From positions 1,568,001-1,632,000 of the forward strand of contig NZ_JAQNDL010000003.1 of the NCBI RefSeq assembly GCF_028368995.1: 64,000 nt of DNA, given 5' to 3'. Positions 51,254 through 61,136 of this stretch are shown here, one piece after another. The notes under the pieces were generated by a model. It ran no database searches and had not been told where the DNA came from. It saw nothing but the letters and a program-made list of their open reading frames with translations. The first letter of the stretch is position 1. Every line of letters starts with the position of its first letter. Source of the DNA: Nannocystis bainbridge (GTDB lineage: Bacteria > Myxococcota_A > Polyangia > Nannocystales > Nannocystaceae). The position numbers were made by a program, and so were the translations under genes.

Positions 51254-51302
51254 CTTACTTGCTGGCGACTAGCAAGTTATAAAACAGCGCGCTCCGCGTC
51301 AA
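51254..51302 (-). promoter_or_regulatory. Palindromic operator copy 2 with overlapping sigma70-like promoter of tetR
   Basis: CTTACTTGCTGGCGACTAGCAAGT at 51254-51277; minus strand TTGACG (51302-51297) followed by TATAAC/TAACTT at 15/17-nt spacing. Confidence 0.8.
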
Positions 51303-51759
51303 GTCCCCGGCGCCGGGCTCCTGCGGGGCTTTCGGGGTGCGACAGGGTGGGCCTGCCCATTCCCCTGGTGCCCGGCGCGGACAGGACGGCGAACGCAGGC
51401 GAGCGCGCGTCCGCGCGGGCGGCCCGGGGCGACGTTTGCGGCGAGTGATGCGATTTACGGCGCAAGTTCCACGGCTGAGTCCGTCGCCGAATCACCGGTC
51501 ATGGCGGCGGCGGGCCCGCCTCGACGCGAGTTGCGCAACGGCGGACCGTGGCGGCCGAATTGCGGCACTCCGGAGATCCGCGACTTCACCTCCGGCCCGC
51601 GCGATTCGCCCGCAAGCGCCGCCGCGGTGCTTCGGGTCGGTGGCGCGGGGCGAGCCGCGGGCGGGCGCGTGATCATAGTTGCCGGCGTCACCCGTCGCTG
51701 TCGCCCGTCCGGGCTCGACGGTGTTTCGATTCCCTCTTCGACCCGGCCTCAGGTGAATC

Positions 51760-52332
51760 ATGTCACGAGACTTCGCCACAGCCTCGCTCGTATCCCTCCT
51801 CTCGCTCGTCCTCGCCGGCCCGACCGGCTGCAACGCCTCGAAGTCCGACGAGGTCGTGGCCGTCGCCGAGCTCGCCCCGCTCGGCGCCAGCGCCGTCGGC
51901 GGGACCGTCACCTTCACCGCGAAGAACGGCAAGATCCACGTCGAGGCGCGCATCGACGGCCTCCAGACCGGCGACCACGGGTTTCATATCCACGAGTTCG
52001 GCGACTGCTCGGCGCCCGACGGCAAGTCGGCGGGCGAGCACTTCAACCCCGATAGCAGCGATCACGGCGCGCCCAAGGCCCCGAAGCACCACGCCGGCGA
52101 CCTCGGCAACCTGGCCGGCGCGGGCAGCGGCAAGCAGACCACGCTCGACATGAACCTCGAAGGCTTCACCCTCGACACCGGCGCGCGGGGCATCCTCGGC
52201 CGCTCGGTGGTGGTCCACGCGGCGCCCGACGATTACACCTCACAGCCGGCCGGCAACTCGGGGGCGCGCATCGCCTGTGGCGTCATTCGCCCGCGCGGCG
52301 GCGACACCCAGCCGGTCACCGCGGCCAAATAG
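51760..52332 (+). CDS. sodC: Cu/Zn superoxide dismutase (exported, probable lipoprotein)
   Basis: HGFHIHEFGDC, SAGEHFNP, HAGDLGNL, VVVHA, GNSGARIACGVI. Confidence 0.93.
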   Translation: MSRDFATASLVSLLSLVLAGPTGCNASKSDEVVAVAELAPLGASAVGGTVTFTAKNGKIHVEARIDGLQTGDHGFHIHEFGDCSAPDGKSAGEHFNPDSSDHGAPKAPKHHAGDLGNLAGAGSGKQTTLDMNLEGFTLDTGARGILGRSVVVHAAPDDYTSQPAGNSGARIACGVIRPRGGDTQPVTAAK

Positions 52333-52350
52333 CGGCAGCAGGAGGGCCCC

Positions 52351-52821
52351 ATGCAAAGCCCCGAGATCTACGAGCTGCTCGCGCGCGAGCACGAGGAGAT
52401 CGTCGAATTGCTGCACCACCTCGCGCCGGCCCGCGGCCGCATCGCCGCTGACCTCTTGATGCGCATCCGCCTCAAGCTGGTGCCGCACGCCCGCGCCGAG
52501 GAGGCGGTGCTCTACCGGCGCCTGGCCGAGGACCCACGCACCGCCGCGCAGGCCCGAGACAGCGCCGGCGAGCACGGCCAGGTCGACGCGCTGCTCGACG
52601 AGATGGCCGCCATGGTCCCGCGCGGCGACGCCTGGGCCGCCCGCGCCCGCGTGCTCGCCGACCTGGTCGGCCGTCACGTCGAGGACGAGCAGCGCCAGCT
52701 GTTCCCGCTGGCGCGCCGCGTGCTCGACCCGCAGGAGGCTCAGCGGCTCGGCGCCGCCTTCGAGACCGAGCGCGACCGCGTATGGGCGTCCATCCTCGGC
52801 GAGCAGCGCGGCGCCGCGTGA
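52351..52821 (+). CDS. Hemerythrin/HHE cation-binding domain protein
   Basis: LAREHEEI, HARAEEAVLY, EHGQV, HVEDEQRQLFP. Confidence 0.85.
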   Translation: MQSPEIYELLAREHEEIVELLHHLAPARGRIAADLLMRIRLKLVPHARAEEAVLYRRLAEDPRTAAQARDSAGEHGQVDALLDEMAAMVPRGDAWAARARVLADLVGRHVEDEQRQLFPLARRVLDPQEAQRLGAAFETERDRVWASILGEQRGAA

Positions 52822-52870
52822 CGCGACGAATGGCGCTTGACCATCGCGCGCATCCGGCAACATTCCGGGC

Positions 52871-54406
52871 ATGACGCGCGAACAATCCATGGAAGGTACG
52901 ATGTCTTCGTGGCAGGCCACCTGCGACCTGCCGAGCTTCGCCCCGCTCACGCAAGACATCGAGGCCGACGTGTGCATCGTCGGCGCCGGCATCGTCGGGC
53001 TGACGGCCGCGCTGCGGCTGGTCCGCGCCGGCCGTCGCGTCGTCGTCCTCGACAGCCAGCAGCCGGGCCGCGGCAACACCGGGCGGACCACGGCGCACCT
53101 GGCGAGCGCGCTCGACGACCGCTTCAGCGAGCTCGCCCGCGTGCACGGACTCGACGCCGCGCGCATGGCGTGGGAGAGCCACGCGACGGCCATCGATCTC
53201 ATCGCGGCGATCGCCAACGACGAGGCGATCGACTGCGAGTTCGCCCGCCGCGACGGCTACCTGTGGCTCGCGCCCGAGCACGACTCCGACATCCTCCGCC
53301 GCGAGCTCGAGACGGTCCACGCGTTCGGCTGGCGCGACGTGGAGGCGCTCGACGAGGCCCCGGTGTTCGGCGGCCCGTGCCTGCGCTTCCCCGGCCAGGC
53401 CCAGTTCCACCCGCTCAAGTACCTCGCCGGCCTGTGCGCCGCGCTGGTGCGCAGCGGCGTCGCTATCTTCGGCAACACCCGCGTCGAGGGCGTCGCCGGC
53501 GGCGAGGAGGTCGTCGTCACCACCGCGCAGGGCCACCGCGTGCGCAGCGGCGCCGCCATCGTCGCCACCTGCTCGCCGATCTGCGACCTGTTCGCGATCC
53601 ACAGCAAGCAGGCGTCCTACACCACCTATGCGATCGGCCTCGAGATCGCCGCCGGCATCGTCCCGCCCGGGCTCTACTGGGACACCGCGGACCCCTATCA
53701 TTACATCCGCCTCCAGCCCGGCGCGGACGGCCGCGACATCCTGATCGTCGGCGGCGAAGATCACAAGACCGGCCAGGCCGACGACGGCGAGCGCCGCTTC
53801 GACGCGCTCGAGGCGTGGACCCGCGCCCGCGTGCCGGCGGTGCAGCAGCGGCGGTACCAGTGGTCGGGCCAGGTGTTCGAGACGCTCGACGGCCTGGCCC
53901 ACATCGGCCCCGATCCGGGCGGCGCCGCCAACGTCTACATCGCCACCGGCGACTCCGGCATGGGCATGACGCACGGGACGATCGCCGCGATGATGCTGTC
54001 TGCCCGGATCTGCGGCGAGGCCAGCGAATGGCAGCAGCTCTACGCCCCCGGCCGGCACCCGCTGCGGGCCGCCGGCGAGTTCCTGCGCGAGAACGCCAAC
54101 GTCGCCGCGCAGTACGCCGATTGGCTGCGCCCCGGCGAGGTCTCGTCGGTCGCCGAGGTCGCCCCCGGCGCGGGCGCGATCCTCCGCTCGGGCCTGTCGC
54201 GCATCGCCGTGTACCGCGAGGACACCGGCGAGCTGCACGCCTGCAACGCCGCCTGCCCCCACCTGCTCGGCTCGGTGGCGTGGAATCACCTCGAGAAGAC
54301 CTGGGATTGCCCGTGTCACGGCTCACGCTTCGATCGCCGCGGAGAGGTGATCGCCGGCCCGGCCCACACCGGCCTGCGCGTGGTCGACCCGCGCACGCTG
54401 CGGTGA
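52871..54406 (+). CDS. FAD-dependent oxidoreductase with C-terminal Rieske domain (YhfW-like)
   Basis: IVGAGIVG, TGRTTAHL, QAQFHP, CPHL...WDCPCHGSRF. Confidence 0.9.
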   Translation: MTREQSMEGTMSSWQATCDLPSFAPLTQDIEADVCIVGAGIVGLTAALRLVRAGRRVVVLDSQQPGRGNTGRTTAHLASALDDRFSELARVHGLDAARMAWESHATAIDLIAAIANDEAIDCEFARRDGYLWLAPEHDSDILRRELETVHAFGWRDVEALDEAPVFGGPCLRFPGQAQFHPLKYLAGLCAALVRSGVAIFGNTRVEGVAGGEEVVVTTAQGHRVRSGAAIVATCSPICDLFAIHSKQASYTTYAIGLEIAAGIVPPGLYWDTADPYHYIRLQPGADGRDILIVGGEDHKTGQADDGERRFDALEAWTRARVPAVQQRRYQWSGQVFETLDGLAHIGPDPGGAANVYIATGDSGMGMTHGTIAAMMLSARICGEASEWQQLYAPGRHPLRAAGEFLRENANVAAQYADWLRPGEVSSVAEVAPGAGAILRSGLSRIAVYREDTGELHACNAACPHLLGSVAWNHLEKTWDCPCHGSRFDRRGEVIAGPAHTGLRVVDPRTLR

Positions 54407-54461
54407 TTGAGAGCATTCGCGGCACCCGTCGCCGCGCCCCGCGATTCATGGCACCGCTCGT

Positions 54462-56519
54462 TCAGCGCGGCGGGGCCACGGCGGGGCGCGGCTCGTGGGC
54501 CTTCGTCCGCGGCGCTCGCGTCTCGCGGGCCACCCGGGCGAACTTCGACATCGCGTGGTCGAGGCGGGCCAGCCCGCGCAGGGCCGGGTCCGACGCATCG
54601 GCGGACCCCATGGCTCGCGGCGCGGCCGGGGGCCGACCGGCGGCCAGGTCGTCGGCGAGGCCGCGGGCGCGGTCCGCCAGGCGCAGCGCGACCGCGTGCG
54701 CGCGGGCGATCGCCACCTCGTCGAGCGCGCGTGGGTCGAACAGCAGCAGCGGCCGCGCGTGGAAGCACACCGTCGCGAACGCGAAGAACAGCCGGCTCGT
54801 CTCGCGGCCGGCCCGCAGCGACACCGCCCCGGCGGCGTTCTGCACCTCCGTCCGCACGTCTCGCAGCTTGCGGTCGAGCGCGCGGGCGGCCGCGCGCCGG
54901 CTCGCGCGCTCGGGCCCCGGCAATGTGTAGACCACCGCCAGGTCGTCGGCGAGCAGGCCCAGCGCTTCGACCATGAGGGCGCGGATCGTCGCGCGCGTCG
55001 ACACCGGGAACACCAGCATCGCCACCGCCGCGCCGACGCTGGCCCCGACCAGCGTCTCGATCACCCGCAGATACAGCAGCTCGTCGGAGAACAGCCCGAG
55101 CAGGCTGTAGAGCACCGCGATCAGCGTCGTCAGGGCCGCCACCATCCATGTGTAGGCGAACTGCAGCGTGTAATAGGCGACGAACATGCACACGAACAGG
55201 ACCCCCAGCTCGAGCCCGACCATGCCCTGGATCGCGTGCGCCACCAGCAGGCCGACGATCACCCCGACGATCGTGCCGATCGCCCGCTGCCACGCGCGCA
55301 CCAGCACCGCGCCGCGGGTGTTGGCGCGGCTGAACACCATGAACGCCGCCATCACCGCCCAGTAAGCCCGCTCGCTGGCGATCGCGTGCCCGGCCGCCAG
55401 CGCCAGCCCGGCCGCCAGAGTCGCCTGCGCCGCCTGTCTCAAAGACCAGGTCCACGTCGGCCTCGGCGTCGGCGCGGCCGGCCCGGGCTCGTCGCTCCCG
55501 CGCGGGCTCGGCACGCGCGCGTCGAGCTGCAGCGCCGCCAGCAGCGAGCGCAGCGCCTTCTCGAGCTCGCAGCTCGCGCGCGTCGCCCTCGTCAGCGCCG
55601 CGATCGCCTGGCCCGCCGCCGCCGGGTCGCCCGCGTGCACCGCCGCGCGCGCGGCCATCAACGCCGCCGCTGCGGCCTCGCGCGCCGGCGGTCCGAGCAC
55701 GGTCGCCGCCACCGCCGCCGCCGCGACCTCCTGCAGCCCGAGCTCGAGCGCGAACACCTGCTCGCGCAGCGCCGCCGACGTCGGGCTCGCCGGATCGACG
55801 CGATCGATCTGCTCGTCGATCGCCAGCGCCGACTCGTTGATCGCCCCCAGCGTGCGCCGCAGCGCCCGGATCGCCCGCGGCCCCTCGCGGCCCTCGGCGA
55901 CGATCGCCGCCAGCTGCCGCAGCGCCACCGCGATCGTGCGCCGCAGCGCCGCCAGGCGCAGCCGCAGCCGCGTCTCCGGCCGCTCGCGCACCACCCAGAA
56001 GCGCGCCGCGTAGCCCAGCGCCGCGGCGATGCCGACGCTCGTGAGCATCAGCGGCAGGCGGCTCGGCGCGGCGCGGAAGAACAGGGCGAAGAAGTAGGCG
56101 AGGAATGCGATCATCCCGAGCGCCAGCCCGCGCGGGCCGAACCGCCGCACCAGCACCGCGACGAACGCGATCGCCAGGAACAGCCCGTCGCGCAGCCACG
56201 CGTGGCCGTGGACCAGCGAGCCGAGCACCAGCGCCGCGCAGGCCACCGGCGCCACCAGGGCGGTCGTGATCCGCTGGGCCCGCGGGCTCGGATCGTTGAC
56301 CACCGCCAATCCCATCACCGCCACGTTGATGCCGACCAGGGCGACGCTGGTCGGCTGGCCGAGCGCGCTCGCCAGCCAGTGCAGCAGCGCCGCCGCGGCG
56401 ATCGCCGTCAAGGTCACGCGCGCGGCCTGCCGCAGGCGCACGAGCTCGGCGTCGGCGATGACCACGACGTCGGCGAGGTGGGCCGCATCGAACCCGCGCC
56501 CGGTGTCCGCCTGCGCCAT
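54462..56519 (-). CDS. FUSC family (aromatic acid exporter-like) membrane protein
   Basis: Two TM clusters; RQAAQA, RAYWAVMAAF, QRAIGTIVG, RVIETLVGA. Confidence 0.88.
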   Translation of the reverse strand: MAQADTGRGFDAAHLADVVVIADAELVRLRQAARVTLTAIAAAALLHWLASALGQPTSVALVGINVAVMGLAVVNDPSPRAQRITTALVAPVACAALVLGSLVHGHAWLRDGLFLAIAFVAVLVRRFGPRGLALGMIAFLAYFFALFFRAAPSRLPLMLTSVGIAAALGYAARFWVVRERPETRLRLRLAALRRTIAVALRQLAAIVAEGREGPRAIRALRRTLGAINESALAIDEQIDRVDPASPTSAALREQVFALELGLQEVAAAAVAATVLGPPAREAAAAALMAARAAVHAGDPAAAGQAIAALTRATRASCELEKALRSLLAALQLDARVPSPRGSDEPGPAAPTPRPTWTWSLRQAAQATLAAGLALAAGHAIASERAYWAVMAAFMVFSRANTRGAVLVRAWQRAIGTIVGVIVGLLVAHAIQGMVGLELGVLFVCMFVAYYTLQFAYTWMVAALTTLIAVLYSLLGLFSDELLYLRVIETLVGASVGAAVAMLVFPVSTRATIRALMVEALGLLADDLAVVYTLPGPERASRRAAARALDRKLRDVRTEVQNAAGAVSLRAGRETSRLFFAFATVCFHARPLLLFDPRALDEVAIARAHAVALRLADRARGLADDLAAGRPPAAPRAMGSADASDPALRGLARLDHAMSKFARVARETRAPRTKAHEPRPAVAPPR

Positions 56520-56654
56520 GGCCGGGTCGATCTAGGGCCCGAGGCGCCCGTGCGCAACCCGGACCCGCGCGCCGGCCGCGACGCCGGACGCGGCCCCGCT
56601 GCCCGGCCGTGCCCCGCTGCCCGGCGCAGGTCGCGGCCGTGACGCCCGCTTCAA

Positions 56655-56752
56655 GGACATGTTCTCACGAACATGCCTCATCGAGCATGACCCAATGCAC
56701 ATGCCCGTTACGACATGCCCCGTAGAACATGTTCATTCGAACATCTCACTCG
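56655..56752. repeat. 14-bp-period CATG array, 7 units
   Basis: GGACATGTTCTCAC, GAACATGCCTCATC, GAGCATGACCCAAT, GCACATGCCCGTTA, CGACATGCCCCGTA, GAACATGTTCATTC, GAACATCTCACTCG. Confidence 0.85.
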
Positions 56753-57312
56753 GCCGGTCGGTACAGCACGTCGGTGCGTAGCACGAACTTCTCGCCGCGC
56801 TTCACCTCGCAGGCGCGGTGCAGCACCCGGTGCTGGAACAGCAGCGCGCGGCCGGTCTGCGGCGTCACGACGGCGTCGAGCTCGACAAAATCGGTGGCCC
56901 CGCCCTCGAAGCCCTCGTTCAAATAAAACACCAGCGTCAGCAGGCTGCGCACCCCGTCGGCGAGCTCGACGATCGTGTCCCAGTGGGCCCCGTGGCGCTC
57001 GCCGGGCCCGTAGCGGTACAGCCGCAGCCGCGGGTTGGCGCCCGCCAGCACCTGCCCCGACAGCCGCGTCGGCACCTGCGCGCGCACCCGGTCGAGCAGC
57101 GCCTCCGCCTCGTCGGCGTCGTCCCACATCACCCGGGTGTTGTTGCGGGTCTCCGGCTCGACCACCGGCCCGCCGCCGGCCCCGACGATCGGCGCCACCT
57201 CGGCCTGGCCCGCGCGCATCCTCGCCACGTACCCCGCGCAATCGTCCGCCGAGAGCGCCCCGTCGACGGTCCAGTGCAGCGGGCAGGTGAGGTCGAGGAA
57301 GCCGGCGTACAT
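56746..57312 (-). CDS. 2OG-Fe(II) oxygenase (prolyl 4-hydroxylase-like)
   Basis: RLYRY, AHWD, YLNEGFEGGAT, LH, VLRTD. Confidence 0.88.
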   Translation of the reverse strand: MYAGFLDLTCPLHWTVDGALSADDCAGYVARMRAGQAEVAPIVGAGGGPVVEPETRNNTRVMWDDADEAEALLDRVRAQVPTRLSGQVLAGANPRLRLYRYGPGERHGAHWDTIVELADGVRSLLTLVFYLNEGFEGGATDFVELDAVVTPQTGRALLFQHRVLHRACEVKRGEKFVLRTDVLYRPAE

Positions 57313-57531
57313 CGCCGGGGATCGTAGCATCCTGGCCGCCCGCGCTACCGGCTCGATCGCGCTCCTCCGTGGCGACCGTGCCCGCGACGTCCGGCGCTTC
57401 TCCAGTGCCGCTTTGGCACCGCCAGGACGGCGCCCGCGTCACGATGGCCTGCCACCCGGTCGCGCCAACATGCGATCTCTTGCGGCTGGCCCCGGCCGTG
57501 CGCTGGCACGCCCTGTGCTCGGTCTTTCCGC

Positions 57532-59364
57532 ATGGCCGGATCCATGAGTCTCGCATTCGCCACCAGTTGGGCCCGAGCCGGCATCGCTGCATGGGGGCTG
57601 GTGCTCGGAGGGTGCGGCGCGGCGGCCGACTTGTCGGTCGGCCCGACGCCGTCGACCGTCGCTGCACCGGTCAAGGAAGTCGGCGAGGCGCGGGCCGCTG
57701 TCACGGTCGGCGGACGCCTGCGCGCTCACGACGGCCGGCCGTTGCGGGCGGCCGAGTTCACGATTCAGCGCATGGGTTTCATCGAGCCGACCGCGAAGGG
57801 GACGCTGGCGGAGGACGGCAGCTTCCGCGTCGAGGTCGAGCCCGGCATCTACATGTTCAGCATCGCCGCGATCGATCACGCAGGATTCGCGCAGACGATC
57901 CTGGTCGAACGTGCTGTCGAGGTCCGCGGCAACCTCGGCACCTACAAGCGCGCCGACCCCGGCGACGCGCTGCTGCTGAGGACCGAGCTGCTCGCGGCCG
58001 ACGGCAAACCGATCGCCACGGGCAACAAGACCGCCGTACGCGAGGCCGACGGCACCTACCGGCTCGATCTGTCGGACAAGCCGAAGCACGCCGTGAAGCT
58101 CCGCTATCAGCTCCGAGGCGGCAACGGGCGGACCTACAACGGCCCGCTCGCCGACACCTACGAGAGCGACGGCGGCGGCGACTACTGGTCGGTGGTCGCC
58201 CTCGCGGGTCGTGACGCGCTCGCGCTCGATCTCACCGCGCTGCCGCCCGCCGGAGAGGCAGCAGCGCTGACGTGGAGCGGTGAGCCGCCCGAGCTCCTCG
58301 CGCTGCGGGCGTACCGGGACCGCTGGCGTGTCCGTGAGGCACGGCTGCGCGACACCATGCTGCAAGAGGACGGCAAGATCCTCGCCCCGACCGAGAATGA
58401 GAAGGCGGCGATGGCCGCGCTCGCGGCCGAGGCCGACGCCGACGCCGACGCCGCCGAGTCCGCCGACGCACAGATGCTGCTGCGCCTCGCGCACCTCGAG
58501 CTGTTCACGGCGTACGACGACGACGCGGCCGCACGGACGCGCGCCGAGTGGCTCCTGGAGCGCGTCGTCCCGGATGATCCGCGCCTCGGACTGTTCAGGA
58601 ACGTGAACTCCCTGCTCGGTCGCGTGCTCCAGTCCGCCGACGCGGCATTCTCGGCGCGCGTCGAGGCGTGGTTCGGCCGCATGCAGGCCAACCCGGACCC
58701 GAACACGGCGCTTCGTGCGATCTCCTTCCTCATCCACCGCGCCGACCAGCGGAATGACGACGCGCGGATCGCCGAGCTGTACGCCCTCGCTCGCGGCCCC
58801 CGCTTCTCCGGCATGCACGAGCCGAAGTCCCTCGCGCAGCGCTTCGACCCCGACCGCATCCTTCAGCGGGGCAAACCATTCCCCGAATTCGAGTTCCCGG
58901 CGCTCGCCGCAGACGGCCGTCCGGTCACGCGAGCCGGGCGCGAGGGTCGGCTCTACCTCGTCGAATTCTGGGCGACCTGGTGCGCCCCTTGCGTGAGCGA
59001 GATACCGGGCCTGCACGCCGCATACGCGCACGTGAACGGCGCCAGGCCTGGAAAGGGCAAGGATGGCATGCGCCGGCTCGGGCCGGTCGAGCGGCCGAAG
59101 ATCGAGTTCGTGTTCGTCTCGCTCGACGAGAGCCCCGGCGATGTCGAAGCCTTCCGCGAGAAGCACTGGTCGATGCCGTGGACGCACGCATTCGTCGGAC
59201 GCGGGCGCGAGAAGGAGGTCATGGAGCGCTTCGGATTCTCCGGCGTCCCCACCGCGGTCCTCGTCGACGGCAACGGCACGATCGTCGAGGTCGGCGGTGC
59301 GCTCCGGCGCGAGCGCCTGCTGCCCACCCTCGAGCGGGCGCTGGAGCGATCGTCGGCCCGCTGA
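57532..59364 (+). CDS. Exported protein with C-terminal TlpA/redoxin domain
   Basis: Lipobox-like LGGC; VEFWATWCAPC, FVSLD, GVPTAVLVD. Confidence 0.85.
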   Translation: MAGSMSLAFATSWARAGIAAWGLVLGGCGAAADLSVGPTPSTVAAPVKEVGEARAAVTVGGRLRAHDGRPLRAAEFTIQRMGFIEPTAKGTLAEDGSFRVEVEPGIYMFSIAAIDHAGFAQTILVERAVEVRGNLGTYKRADPGDALLLRTELLAADGKPIATGNKTAVREADGTYRLDLSDKPKHAVKLRYQLRGGNGRTYNGPLADTYESDGGGDYWSVVALAGRDALALDLTALPPAGEAAALTWSGEPPELLALRAYRDRWRVREARLRDTMLQEDGKILAPTENEKAAMAALAAEADADADAAESADAQMLLRLAHLELFTAYDDDAAARTRAEWLLERVVPDDPRLGLFRNVNSLLGRVLQSADAAFSARVEAWFGRMQANPDPNTALRAISFLIHRADQRNDDARIAELYALARGPRFSGMHEPKSLAQRFDPDRILQRGKPFPEFEFPALAADGRPVTRAGREGRLYLVEFWATWCAPCVSEIPGLHAAYAHVNGARPGKGKDGMRRLGPVERPKIEFVFVSLDESPGDVEAFREKHWSMPWTHAFVGRGREKEVMERFGFSGVPTAVLVDGNGTIVEVGGALRRERLLPTLERALERSSAR

Positions 59365-59564
59365 CGATCGTGTGCCCCTCACGGCCGAGCTCGACGCATG
59401 GCGAGCCCGACCGTGAATGCGAGCAGCGCGAACCGCGAGGTCGCCCCTGCCGAGCCCGCCGGGACCGCCCGCGCCGGCGCCCTGCGGACCCTCCGCGGGC
59501 ACGACCTTCGCCTGCCCCGCCGATCGACTCCATACATTGTTGCACTCCCACGAAAGGCCGGCGC

Positions 59565-60068
59565 ATGACCATGGGCATGAAGACGGTGATCGCGCTGTTC
59601 GACACGGCAGCCGACGCCAAGTACGCGGTCGACGCTCTGCTCCTCCGCAAGTACGACCACAGCGACATCAGCGTGGTCGCCAACGACCTCGCCACCCTTC
59701 ACGAGGCCCCGCCGCACGCCGGGCAGATCGCCGCGGGCGCCCTCAGCACCGTCCTCGGTCTGGCCGCGTTCGGCGTCCCCTACGCCGGCCCCGTGCTGGC
59801 CGCCGGCCCGATCCTCGGCGCGCTCGGCAGCGTCGGCGCCGAGGACGTCGACAAGAGCGACTGGCTGGCCCCCGCGCTCGTCAAGATGGGCATCCCCCAG
59901 GGCGAGGCCAGCAAGTTCTCCGAGGCCTTCAACCGCGGCGGTGCGGTCGTCACCGTGCGCACGCGGGAGATCGACGCTCCCAACATCGCCAGCTTGCTGG
60001 CCGCCTGCGGCGCCGTCGACGTCGACGAGCGCGTGCGCCCCGAGACCCGCCGGCGCTCGACCGGCTGA
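59565..60068 (+). CDS. General stress protein-like membrane protein
   Basis: MKTVIALFD, DISVVA, GPVLAAGPI, ALVKMGIP, GAVDVDER. Confidence 0.7.
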   Translation: MTMGMKTVIALFDTAADAKYAVDALLLRKYDHSDISVVANDLATLHEAPPHAGQIAAGALSTVLGLAAFGVPYAGPVLAAGPILGALGSVGAEDVDKSDWLAPALVKMGIPQGEASKFSEAFNRGGAVVTVRTREIDAPNIASLLAACGAVDVDERVRPETRRRSTG

Positions 60069-60092
60069 GCCACTCCCGCGCGTCTGCGCGAC

Positions 60093-60893
60093 TCAGGGCT
60101 GCGGCTCGCGGTGCGAGCGGTCGTACGGGAAGCGCTCGTCGTGCCGCTCGGCGCAGCGGACGAAGCAGCGGTGCCGCACCAGCTCGCGCCAGTCCGCGGG
60201 CGCCAGCCCGTCCTCGTCCGGCGGCCGCGAGGGGTCGGCGTCGACGTTGTAATGGAGCTCGCCGGCGATCGCATAATCGCGGCGGAGCGCCGTGCGCCAC
60301 TGTGAATTGCTGCCCCAGCCTTGCGACAGATCGTGCACCGGGCGATTGTTGCGAGCATACGCCCAATACAGCGTCGACCCCTCCGCGATGTCTTTGACGA
60401 GATGCCGCCGCCCGGCCGCCACATGACAGCCGGCGCGGGCGAACAGCAGCGGCCCCAGCATGTGCCCCGGCCACGCCTCGGCCAGCACCCCCGGCGGCGC
60501 GTCCTCGTCGGCGGCCTGCGCGACCGTCACGACCTCGTGGAAGAACGGGTGAAACTCGGCCTGCGTCACCCGCTCGAACCCGAACGCCGCCATGAACTCG
60601 GCGTAGGCCGCCGCGGGCACCGAGAGCTGCCAGCCGGCGTCGTGGCCCGCCCGGCGGGTGAAGCCGAGGCGCAGCAGCTCGCAGATCCGCCCCATCGCAT
60701 AGAGGCGCCAGCGGTCCTCGATCGCCATCGCCGGCACCGTCGTCGCCCGCACCGCCGCCAGCGCCGCGAACCACCGCCGCTCCTCCGCGTGCGCGCGGGC
60801 CCACGGCAGCACCACGTCCTCGGCCAGGCCCGATCCCTCGTAATCGAACATCGCCTGGTGAAGCTCGCGGTACGGCTCCTGATCGCGGTGCAT
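60093..60893 (-). CDS. Conserved hypothetical protein
   Basis: Protein-like ORF: FHPFFHEVV, WPGHMLG, LYWAYAR, DLSQGWGSNSQWRT. Confidence 0.7.
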   Translation of the reverse strand: MHRDQEPYRELHQAMFDYEGSGLAEDVVLPWARAHAEERRWFAALAAVRATTVPAMAIEDRWRLYAMGRICELLRLGFTRRAGHDAGWQLSVPAAAYAEFMAAFGFERVTQAEFHPFFHEVVTVAQAADEDAPPGVLAEAWPGHMLGPLLFARAGCHVAAGRRHLVKDIAEGSTLYWAYARNNRPVHDLSQGWGSNSQWRTALRRDYAIAGELHYNVDADPSRPPDEDGLAPADWRELVRHRCFVRCAERHDERFPYDRSHREPQP

Positions 60894-61136
60894 CGCCGGC
60901 GAGCATACGCCCTCCGCCGCTCGCTCGCGCGGATCCTCGGCGCCGCGGCGGTTGCCCCGCGCCGATCTTCGCCGCGGTGACGTGGGTCATGCCATTCGCG
61001 GCCCGCGGTCCGCCGAACGCGGCGTCCCGGCCAGCCGCGTCCGCCGGGCCCGGGCGAACGCTTGCGGCGCCCGAATCCGCCGACATAGCCAGGGCTGCTC
61101 GCAATCGAGCGGGGCCGCCGCAGCGCCGGGACCATC

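Noticed and set aside
56655-56738. Resemblance of the units to the eukaryotic p53 half-site RRRCATGYYY
   Set aside because: Coincidental short-palindrome similarity with no meaning in a bacterial genome
56655-56752. CRISPR interpretation of the 14-bp array
   Set aside because: Units are far too short, the conserved core is only about 6 bp, and no cas genes are present
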